Below the pieces are notes generated by a model. The model ran no database searches. It was not told the origin of the DNA and saw only the letters and a list, made by a program, of their open reading frames with translations. Source: a virus. Taken from it: a stretch of 64,000 nt of DNA. How positions within the stretch are numbered: position 1 is the stretch's first letter; each line of letters opens with the position of its first letter. A program made the translations under genes and the position numbers. The DNA is taken from the IMG/VR virus record IMGVR_UViG_3300030104_006433, positions 96,545 to 160,544 of that record; one strand, 5' to 3'. Below are positions 36,126 to 44,076 of this stretch, piece by piece.

Positions 36126-37911
36126 AAAATGTTATGCTAAAAAAATAAAGGGTAGTCTAAATCAATTTGAAATAGATTTGTGGACAGACTCAGGACATGA
36201 AAAATTAGAATGGACTAATTATGCTTATAAAGAATGTCATGAAGCAGATGCTACCCATATAGGTTTAAATGGTCACCCCTTGATAAAAACTCAAAAATGG
36301 AAAAGAGGTGATGATAAAATCCACTTCAATGATATGAAACCTTATCAGAAGTTCCTGATAGAAAAATATGGAACAAATGATGAGGTTTCTACAACTCACA
36401 ATGAAATGTTTTTTGATATTGAAACTGAAATGGGGGATGCCTTAACAGTTGAATATATAGAATCTGCGCCTAAGAAAGTAACATCTATTGCTTGGTATGA
36501 TAAAAGGGTTGACCAATGGGGAATACTAATTTTAGACCCTAAAAAACAATTAGAACATACTAAAGCTAGAAATAAAGAAATAACACCAGTACTTACAGAA
36601 CATGATTTACTAATGAAATTTTTAGGTAAATTAGAAGAAATTGAACCTGATATTTTAGTAGGATATAATAGTGATTATTTTGATATACCTTATCTATATT
36701 ACAGAATGTGTAATGTATTAGGCCCAGAATTAGCTAGAAGAATATCACCTTTAGGTAGAGTAAAATGTAGAAAAGGAAATGAATATTGGTTTAAAAAAGA
36801 TACATTTGTGACTATTGAAGGAATTGAATCTTTGGATTATATTAGAATGCATAGAAAATATAGTTGGGCAGATGAACCAAGTTGGAAATTAGATGCTATT
36901 GGAGAAAAATATGCTGGTGTAAATAAAATTGAATATGAGGGCTCATTAGATAGATTATTTGAAACTGATATTCATAAATTTATAGAGTATAACTTTATGG
37001 ATGTTAAAATCTTAGTTGAACTAGATAAAAAATTAGAATACTTAGCCCTAACAAAAAATCTATCCCATAAAGGTAAACATAATTATAGTGAAGTATATGC
37101 TAATACTAACACACAAGATGGCGCAATTTCAGCTTACTTATTAGGTAAAGGAATTATACCACCAAACAAAGATCCACATATCAATTACAAAGATAGTTAT
37201 GCTGGTGGTTATTTATTTTGTCCTAAAGCAGGAATCTATAATTATATGTTTGATGAGGATTTAACATCACTATATCCTTCAATTATCATGTCTTTAAACA
37301 TAGGTAAAGAAACATTAATGGCTCGTATAATAGATGCTGATGATAGAAATAATAGATTAGGATTAAATGATTTGATTCAAAAAGATCCAAATGAAACCGT
37401 TCTTATAAGAAATAATAAAGATCAAAGAGCTGAATTAACAATAGGTCAATTGCTAAAATTTATTAAAGAAAAAAGATGGACAATATCAGCAAATGGTACA
37501 ATGTATGCTACAAATAGACAATCAGTTTTATCTACAATTTTAGCTAAATGGTTTAATGAAAGAGTAAAATATAAAAAAGCTAAGAAGAAAGCAGCTAAAG
37601 CTAAGGATAAAGATTTAGAGGCTTCATTTCATATGAAACAATATACAATGAAAATTTTGCTAAATAGTTTATATGGTGCCACAGCTTTAAGTAGTTTTAG
37701 ATATGGTAATAGAGTATTATCAAAATCAATCACATTAGCAGGACAAAGAATTATTCAAGAAAGCGCTTTATGTGCTAATAGACATATGAATAAAGTTATA
37801 AAAGGTGAAATTGAATTAAATTTAAATCAAAAATCAAAACCAAATAAAAAAGAAAGAACTAACGATCCTAAAATTGAAAGAAATATAAGCCCAAGACCTT
37901 ATGGAATTTAA
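36118..37911 (+). CDS. Family-B DNA polymerase, N-terminal part (3'-5' exonuclease, motifs A and B)
   Basis: FFDIET, GYNSDYFDIPY, YNFMDV, DLTSLYPSII, KILLNSLYG; no DTDS. Confidence 0.92.
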   Translation: MYKKCYAKKIKGSLNQFEIDLWTDSGHEKLEWTNYAYKECHEADATHIGLNGHPLIKTQKWKRGDDKIHFNDMKPYQKFLIEKYGTNDEVSTTHNEMFFDIETEMGDALTVEYIESAPKKVTSIAWYDKRVDQWGILILDPKKQLEHTKARNKEITPVLTEHDLLMKFLGKLEEIEPDILVGYNSDYFDIPYLYYRMCNVLGPELARRISPLGRVKCRKGNEYWFKKDTFVTIEGIESLDYIRMHRKYSWADEPSWKLDAIGEKYAGVNKIEYEGSLDRLFETDIHKFIEYNFMDVKILVELDKKLEYLALTKNLSHKGKHNYSEVYANTNTQDGAISAYLLGKGIIPPNKDPHINYKDSYAGGYLFCPKAGIYNYMFDEDLTSLYPSIIMSLNIGKETLMARIIDADDRNNRLGLNDLIQKDPNETVLIRNNKDQRAELTIGQLLKFIKEKRWTISANGTMYATNRQSVLSTILAKWFNERVKYKKAKKKAAKAKDKDLEASFHMKQYTMKILLNSLYGATALSSFRYGNRVLSKSITLAGQRIIQESALCANRHMNKVIKGEIELNLNQKSKPNKKERTNDPKIERNISPRPYGI

Positions 37912-37922
37912 AACTAAAATAT

Positions 37923-38183
37923 ATGCTGAGTAAACAATCAATTAGAAAAGAACATACCATTTATTTAAATAATGTTCAAATGACTAAAGAAGAAATTATT
38001 GAAATATCAAAAGATTTTAATGAGAAAGAAGAGTTACATTTTAGAAAGATGTTAAAGCAGGGTGGAACACTTAAAATCAAAGAATTAGTGTTTGATATTA
38101 AAAGATATGAATATAAACAAAGGAATAGCAAAGGTGAATTTGATGAACCAGCTAGACCACACAGACCAGAAGATTGGGAATGA
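37923..38183 (+). CDS. Hypothetical protein between the polymerase halves
   Basis: MLSKQSIRK...FRKMLKQGG; 86 aa. Confidence 0.65.
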   Translation: MLSKQSIRKEHTIYLNNVQMTKEEIIEISKDFNEKEELHFRKMLKQGGTLKIKELVFDIKRYEYKQRNSKGEFDEPARPHRPEDWE

Positions 38184-39139
38184 AACATTTAGAAGACACA
38201 CCATGGTGGATTTGCGATCCTGAAGACGAAAATTATTGTGCTTATGTAGATACAGATAGTAATTATTTTCACGCTGAACCTGTACTTAGACATTTATATC
38301 CTAATTTAGATGAAATGTCTGATCAAGAAAAAGACAATAAATTAGAAGAAATAGCTTTAGCTTATCAAGATATTATAACAGACCATTATGATATTTTAGC
38401 TAAGGAGACATTTAACGTTCATAAATTTCCTTGGTTTAAAGATAGAGAAAAAGACCATTGGTTAGAAATGAAAACTGAATGTATAATAAGATCAGGTTAT
38501 TTTAGAGCCACTAGAAGATATGCTCAATGGATTACTAAACAAGAGGGTGTTGAGAAAGAAACACTTGATATTAAAGGACTAGAATTTAAAAAAGCTAATT
38601 TTCCTCCTATATTAGGTAAATTTTTTAAAAGTGCTTTAATTGATGTTCTAAAAGGAACACAACAAGAAGAAATTGACCAAAGAGTAAAAGCATTTAAAAA
38701 AGAAATATTAGAAGGTAAAATACCTTTAACACAATTGGGTAACCCAACATCAGTAAAAACATTAAACAAATACACAGAAAGAAAAGCTAGGGCTGGAGAA
38801 ATGTTTTCTGTGATAGCTAAAGGAGCACCTGCTTCTGTTAAAGCAACAATAGCCTATAATGATTTAATTAGGTTTTGGAATTTAAGTGGAAAGCACAGTT
38901 ATATAGCACAAGGTGATAAGGTTAAATGGATTTATTTAAAACCAAACACCTACCAAATTGAGGCCCTAGCTTTTTTAGAATTTGATTTACCTAAAAAAAT
39001 AAAAGATTTTTTAGAAGAATATGCTGATAGAAAAAAAGTATTTGAAAGTATATTATTAAATAAATTAGAAGGATTCTATTCAGATTTAGGATGGAATTTA
39101 AATTTAAACCCTTATATTAATAAGTTTTTTGAATTATGA
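38174..39139 (+). CDS. Family-B DNA polymerase, C-terminal part (motif C and thumb)
   Basis: YVDTDS, RRYA, IKGLEF; start may be 38180. Confidence 0.9.
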   Translation: MGMKHLEDTPWWICDPEDENYCAYVDTDSNYFHAEPVLRHLYPNLDEMSDQEKDNKLEEIALAYQDIITDHYDILAKETFNVHKFPWFKDREKDHWLEMKTECIIRSGYFRATRRYAQWITKQEGVEKETLDIKGLEFKKANFPPILGKFFKSALIDVLKGTQQEEIDQRVKAFKKEILEGKIPLTQLGNPTSVKTLNKYTERKARAGEMFSVIAKGAPASVKATIAYNDLIRFWNLSGKHSYIAQGDKVKWIYLKPNTYQIEALAFLEFDLPKKIKDFLEEYADRKKVFESILLNKLEGFYSDLGWNLNLNPYINKFFEL

Positions 39140-39873
39140 TAAATAAAAATATATTACAAAATGTTATCTCTAAATATTATTTAGGTGAGATAGAAAGAGT
39201 AAAATGGGAAATTGAAGATAACCAATTAACAGTTAATTTTATAACTCCAAGCAGAATGGTGTTAGGTAGTGTGAAATGTAATGATTTTCCATTAGAAAAC
39301 GCTGATTTAGCTATATATCATACTAAAAAATTATCAAACCTTATTTCAATATGTAACGGAGATTTACTATTAGAGTTAGAAAAACAAAAGGAAATGTTAT
39401 TAAAACTTAATATATCTGATTCTAACTTTAATTTATCTTATGCATTATCAGATCCATTATTAATTAAAAGTACAGGTAAAGCAAAACCAGTAGAAGGTTG
39501 GGACATTGAATTAGAAATGACAAGAAATGAAATAGGTAACATATTAAAAGCTAAAAGCGCTTTATCTGAAATTGATAATATGTTAGTTACATCTACAAAA
39601 GATTTAGATGGAGAAGATGTTTGTGAGTTTGTGTTTGGAGATGAAGCAGGACATAATAATAAAATAACTTACCAATTGAAAGGTAAAATAGACAAAGAAA
39701 ATATTAAAATTAGATACAACTCAGATATGTTAAAAACAATATTAAATGCTAATAAAGATGTAGATGATGGAGTATTTAAAATATCCAAAGAAGGATTAAT
39801 GCATTTATCATTTAAAAATGATGAAATTGAAAGTGAATATTACATGGTTCCACAAGAAGATGGAGTTTTGTAA
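39136..39873 (+). CDS. Sliding clamp (gp45/PCNA-like)
   Basis: 245 aa two-domain beta-rich pattern ending GLMHL.F....SEYYMV; follows the polymerase. Confidence 0.7.
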   Translation: MINKNILQNVISKYYLGEIERVKWEIEDNQLTVNFITPSRMVLGSVKCNDFPLENADLAIYHTKKLSNLISICNGDLLLELEKQKEMLLKLNISDSNFNLSYALSDPLLIKSTGKAKPVEGWDIELEMTRNEIGNILKAKSALSEIDNMLVTSTKDLDGEDVCEFVFGDEAGHNNKITYQLKGKIDKENIKIRYNSDMLKTILNANKDVDDGVFKISKEGLMHLSFKNDEIESEYYMVPQEDGVL

Positions 39874-39898
39874 ATAGAAAATTTTTTATATATATTTA
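39867..39898 (+). promoter_or_regulatory. Bacteroidota-type promoter for hsp20
   Basis: TTTG 39867, N20, TATATTTA 39891. Confidence 0.6.
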
Positions 39899-39903
39899 TT
39901 AAT

Positions 39904-40443
39904 GCAAAACTTAGGATGCAAAACCGGCTCACCAAAATGGGAGCTATTTTATTAACAAAACATAAATTTAAGAATTATGACTTATCTAAGAGAAATAGAA
40001 CAAGGCCTAGCGCCAAGAATAACATCACCTTTTGACATACTTGTTAGAAATTTCTTCAACACCGAAGAACCTTTTCACCCTTTACAATCAATTAAACTTA
40101 AACATCCAGTTGATGTTTATGAAGATAATGATGGTCTTCATTTGGAAGTAGCTTGTACTGGGTTGACTAAAGAAGATGTAAACCTTGATATCGAGGGAGA
40201 CATTTTAAAAGTTAGCTATACAAAACCTGAAAATGAGGATATTAATAGAGAATATCACTACTCAGGTATAGCTAAAAGATCATTCAATTTTGGTTACAAA
40301 GTAGCTAATAAATTTAGATTATCTGAAGCTGAAGCTAAAATGGAGAATGGATTATTAACAGTTACAGTTCCATATTCTCCTCATGTAGTAACAAAACCAC
40401 TATCAATAAAAATTAAGTAAGAAAATCGCATCCTAGGTTTTGC
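39904..40443. repeat. 16-bp inverted repeat bracketing hsp20
   Basis: GCAAAACTTAGGATGC (39904-39919) and GCATCCTAGGTTTTGC (40428-40443); the one mismatch is a G-U pair. Confidence 0.85.
39977..40420 (+). CDS. Small heat shock protein (Hsp20/alpha-crystallin)
   Basis: PVDVYE, G..KEDV.L...GD.L.V, GIAKRSF, A.MENGLLTVTVP. Confidence 0.93.
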   Translation: MTYLREIEQGLAPRITSPFDILVRNFFNTEEPFHPLQSIKLKHPVDVYEDNDGLHLEVACTGLTKEDVNLDIEGDILKVSYTKPENEDINREYHYSGIAKRSFNFGYKVANKFRLSEAEAKMENGLLTVTVPYSPHVVTKPLSIKIK

Positions 40444-40492
40444 TTATTAAGATATTTTTATTATATTCATTTAAACATTATAAAACAACGTT

Positions 40493-40870
40493 ATGACAGA
40501 ATTAGAAGCATTATTTGATGCAGTTATAGTTAAACCTCAAGAAGAAGAGGAAACTCAATATGGCTCAATAGTAGTACCTGATCTAGGTAAAGATAGAAAT
40601 GAACATGGCACAGTAGTAGCTGTGGGGCCTGGAAGACATGTAGGTGGAGTAGGTTTTGTAGAAACTGAAATTAAAATAGGAGACAATGTTATTTTACCTA
40701 CCATAGGATTCACTAAATTAGAACACAAAGGAGAAGAATATTATATTGGCCAAGAAAATCAAATCTTAGCCAGAGTTAAAAAAGAGGTTAATGTTGAAGA
40801 TATTTTAGCAGAAACAGAAGTTACACCAGAAGAAATAAAAGAAATAAAAGAAAGATTAGAAAATGAGTAA
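40493..40870 (+). CDS. groES: Co-chaperonin GroES with acidic C-terminal extension
   Basis: LFDAVIVK, GSIVVPD, GTVVAVGPG, KIGD.V, ILA. Confidence 0.9.
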   Translation: MTELEALFDAVIVKPQEEEETQYGSIVVPDLGKDRNEHGTVVAVGPGRHVGGVGFVETEIKIGDNVILPTIGFTKLEHKGEEYYIGQENQILARVKKEVNVEDILAETEVTPEEIKEIKERLENE

Positions 40871-42491
40871 AATTATAGAATTTGGCCCTGAAGCCAGAAA
40901 AAAACTAGTAAAAGGAATAGACCAAATAGCGGATGCTGTAGTATCTACATTAGGTCCAAATGGTAGAAATGTTATTATTTCAAAACAAAATGAAACTCCA
41001 CAATCAACAAAAGATGGAGTAACAGTAGCTAAAAATATATCATTAGAAGATCCAACTGAAGAATTAGGTGTTCAAATGCTTAAACAAGCAGCTATTAAAA
41101 CAGCTGATAATGCAGGAGATGGTACAACTACTTCTACTTTATTAGCTAGAGAAATAGTTAAAGAAGGTTTAAGTGCTTTAGATAAAAAAGCTAATGCTGT
41201 TGATATTAAAAGAGGAATAGATGCCGCTGTAAAGCAAGTTGTAAAACAATTAAGAACAATTAATGAAGATATTTCATCACCAGAACAATTAGAACAAGTA
41301 GCTACAATTTCAGCTAACAATGATGAAAAAGTAGGAAAACTTATTTCTAGAGCTATGGAAAAAGTAGGCAGAGAAGGTGTTGTTCATATTGAAGAATCTA
41401 AAACCGGAGAAACATATCTTGAAACAGTTGAAGGGATGCAATTCAATAGAGGATTTAAATCACCTTATTTTGTTACAAATAATAATAATATGACATCTAC
41501 TTTAAATGATTGTTATGTTTTAATTGCTGATCATACTTTTACACAAGTAAAAGAATTACTACCAATATTAGAAAGTGTATCAAATACAAATAAATCACTT
41601 TTAATCATTGCTAAAGATATAGATAATGAAGCATTAGCTACTCTTATAGTAAATAAAATGAGAGGTACATTAAAAGTATGTGCTGTTAAAGCTCCTGAAT
41701 TTGGAGATAGACAAAAATTAGTTTTAGATGATATAGCTGTATTAACTGGGGGTCAAGTATTTTCTAAAGAAAAAGGAATGAAACTTGAAAAATTTAGTTG
41801 GGAATGGTTTGGTGAAGCTAGAGTTGCTACAATCACTAAAGAAAAAACAACTATTGTAGATGGTAAAGGTAAAGAAGAAGATATTAATAATAGAGTAGAA
41901 GAACTATCAAACCAAATTGAACACTCAGAAACACCATTTGAAATGGAGAGTTTACAAAATAGAATGTCTAAATTTGTAGGTGGGGTAGCTATAGTTCATG
42001 TAGGTGGAAATACTGAAACTGAAATGAATGAGAAGAAAGATAGAGTTGATGATGCTTTAAATGCTACAAAAGCCGCAATTGAGGAAGGAATATTACCTGG
42101 AGGTGGAGTTGCCTTATTAGGAGCTTCATTAAAAGTAGAATGCACAGGTAACCCAGATTTTTTGTTTGGTGTTGATATTGTTAAAAAAGCATGTAAAAAA
42201 CCATTTTTTCAAATTTTATTTAATGCTGGTTTTGATTATGAAGATGCTAGAGAAATATCATTAGAAGTAGAAGATTTAGATTGGGTTGGATATGATATTA
42301 AAAATTATGAAAATGTTAACTTAAAAGATGCGGGAATTATTGATCCATTTAAAGTAACAAGAAATGCTTTAGAAAATGCAGCTTCAATAGCAGGAACAAT
42401 TCTATTAACAGAGGCAACAATAGTTGACAAACCGAAAGAAAATAATATGCCAGAAATTGATCCCGCTGCAATGATGGGAGGAATGATGTAA
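40863..42491 (+). CDS. groEL: Chaperonin GroEL
   Basis: TLGPNGRNV, TKDGVTVAK, AGDGTTT, EGMQF, GGG; GGMM tail. Confidence 0.97.
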   Translation: MSKIIEFGPEARKKLVKGIDQIADAVVSTLGPNGRNVIISKQNETPQSTKDGVTVAKNISLEDPTEELGVQMLKQAAIKTADNAGDGTTTSTLLAREIVKEGLSALDKKANAVDIKRGIDAAVKQVVKQLRTINEDISSPEQLEQVATISANNDEKVGKLISRAMEKVGREGVVHIEESKTGETYLETVEGMQFNRGFKSPYFVTNNNNMTSTLNDCYVLIADHTFTQVKELLPILESVSNTNKSLLIIAKDIDNEALATLIVNKMRGTLKVCAVKAPEFGDRQKLVLDDIAVLTGGQVFSKEKGMKLEKFSWEWFGEARVATITKEKTTIVDGKGKEEDINNRVEELSNQIEHSETPFEMESLQNRMSKFVGGVAIVHVGGNTETEMNEKKDRVDDALNATKAAIEEGILPGGGVALLGASLKVECTGNPDFLFGVDIVKKACKKPFFQILFNAGFDYEDAREISLEVEDLDWVGYDIKNYENVNLKDAGIIDPFKVTRNALENAASIAGTILLTEATIVDKPKENNMPEIDPAAMMGGMM

Positions 42492-42554
42492 TATGGTTTT
42501 AGAATTAATATTTTTAATAAGTTGTTTTATATTGACAATCCTTAAAGACGAAAT

Positions 42555-42818
42555 ATGAAAACAAAAGTTATAGAAAGAAATGAATTAATAGCTACTAGAG
42601 TACCACCTGGAGACAGATGGACTCTAGTAGATGATTCAAAAAAAGTAATTCATAAATCCTTAACAGATACTTTGGAATCCTACTTAGGGATCACTAACTT
42701 TAAAGGTGAATATAGGCTAGACCCTATTGGAAGTAAATTATACGCTATTAAAACTTCTGAGGAAGAGGTCAAACCTGAACCAATAAAAAAGTATAACATT
42801 TATGGAGATGAATATTAA
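42555..42818 (+). CDS. Hypothetical protein
   Basis: 87 aa, IATRVPPGDRW. Confidence 0.65.
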   Translation: MKTKVIERNELIATRVPPGDRWTLVDDSKKVIHKSLTDTLESYLGITNFKGEYRLDPIGSKLYAIKTSEEEVKPEPIKKYNIYGDEY

Positions 42819-43153
42819 AATTAATGAGTCCTAAATTACCTAAAAAATAATGCTTATGGAAAATTTAGATATAATTATAGGAACCCTGATTGGATCAGGT
42901 TTAACTGCTTTAGTGGCAATTTTTGTTACTAGGGTTTCAAATCGATTTAAACAGGTAAATGAAGACTTACAAAGTGTAAGTAGAGATCACTCAACTAGTT
43001 TGGATGCTGTGTATGATAGTAATTCAAGAGAAGTTGAGAATATATATAGAGAAATTGATTCTCAAATTAATAAACTAGAATCTAGATTGGTAAAACAATT
43101 TAAAGATTATAATTACAATAAATAATTAACCCAATTTAGGACTCTTAATTTTA
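42816..43153. repeat. About 21-bp inverted repeat bracketing ORF 42850-43125
   Basis: TAAAATTAA(T)GAGTCCTAAATT (42816-42837) and AATTTAGGACTCTTAATTTTA (43133-43153). Confidence 0.8.
42850..43125 (+). CDS. Single-TM coiled-coil small protein
   Basis: N-terminal hydrophobic helix followed by a coiled coil (IDSQINKLESRL). Confidence 0.65.
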   Translation: MLMENLDIIIGTLIGSGLTALVAIFVTRVSNRFKQVNEDLQSVSRDHSTSLDAVYDSNSREVENIYREIDSQINKLESRLVKQFKDYNYNK

Positions 43154-44076
43154 TGAAAGACCACACATTATTAGTAGAAAAATATCGATCTAACACTCTT
43201 GATGAATATGTAGGTAATAACCATATTAAAACCCAAATACAAAAATACTTAGACCAGGATGATATTCAAAACTTCATTTTTTATGGCCCTGCTGGTACAG
43301 GGAAAACTACTCTCGCTAAACTCATTGTTAATAATTTGGACTGCGATTACTTATACATTAACGCTTCTGATGAACGGGGTATCGAAACTATTAGGGATAA
43401 AGTCACCAACTTCTCAAGTACTGCTTCGTTTCGACAGATCAAAGTTGTCATACTCGATGAGGCAGATTTCCTCACAATTCAAGCGCAAGCATCATTAAGA
43501 AATGTAATAGAAACATTTTCTAGGAATACACGTTTTATTATGACGTGTAATTTTATAGAGAGGATAATAGATCCACTACAATCAAGATGCCAAGTACTAA
43601 AAATAGTACCCCCAAGTAAAAAAGAAGTAGCAAAACATTTAAAAGAAATATTAGATACAGAACAAACAAAATTCAAAGTTGAAGCTCTCGTTAACATAGT
43701 TAACACACATCATCCGGATATACGAAAAATGTTAAACACAATTCAGTTATCTACTAAAGATAATGAGTTAGTACTAGATGAATCAATCATAGTATCATCC
43801 AATTATATAAAACAAGTTATAACAGAATTAAAAAACCCAAAAACAGATTATCGAAAGTTAAGACAAATAATTGCTGACTCGGGAGTTAAAGATTTTGAAG
43901 AATTATATAGATCATTATTTGACCAAGCAGGAGAGTATGCTAAAGGTAGAGAGGGTAGTGTAGCTATGATTTTAAATGAACATCAATATCATTCAAATTT
44001 TAGAATTGATAAGGAAATTAATATAGCAAGTGCTTTAGCAAAAATAATAGAAACCAAAAAACCACAAGTAATATGA
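43153..44076 (+). CDS. Clamp loader large subunit (gp44/RFC-like AAA+)
   Basis: VEKYR, GPAGTGKTT, NASDERG, LDEAD, SRC. Confidence 0.95.
   Translation: MKDHTLLVEKYRSNTLDEYVGNNHIKTQIQKYLDQDDIQNFIFYGPAGTGKTTLAKLIVNNLDCDYLYINASDERGIETIRDKVTNFSSTASFRQIKVVILDEADFLTIQAQASLRNVIETFSRNTRFIMTCNFIERIIDPLQSRCQVLKIVPPSKKEVAKHLKEILDTEQTKFKVEALVNIVNTHHPDIRKMLNTIQLSTKDNELVLDESIIVSSNYIKQVITELKNPKTDYRKLRQIIADSGVKDFEELYRSLFDQAGEYAKGREGSVAMILNEHQYHSNFRIDKEINIASALAKIIETKKPQVI
43259..43498 (+). CDS. Candidate nested +1-frame protein inside the clamp loader gene
   Basis: 79 aa with hydrophobic N-half and basic C-end; matches a patch of CTC/ATC/GTC/CGG/TCG codons. Confidence 0.4.
   Translation: MIFKTSFFMALLVQGKLLSLNSLLIIWTAITYTLTLLMNGVSKLLGIKSPTSQVLLRFDRSKLSYSMRQISSQFKRKHH

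Noticed and set aside
37800-38240. Group I intron or intein in the polymerase gap
   Set aside because: No intein termini, no LAGLIDADG/HNH/GIY-YIG motifs and no recognisable intron core; the gap is filled by an ordinary ORF.
39899-40490. CIRCE/HrcA operator at the chaperone genes
   Set aside because: TTAGCACTC-N9-GAGTGCTAA is not present.
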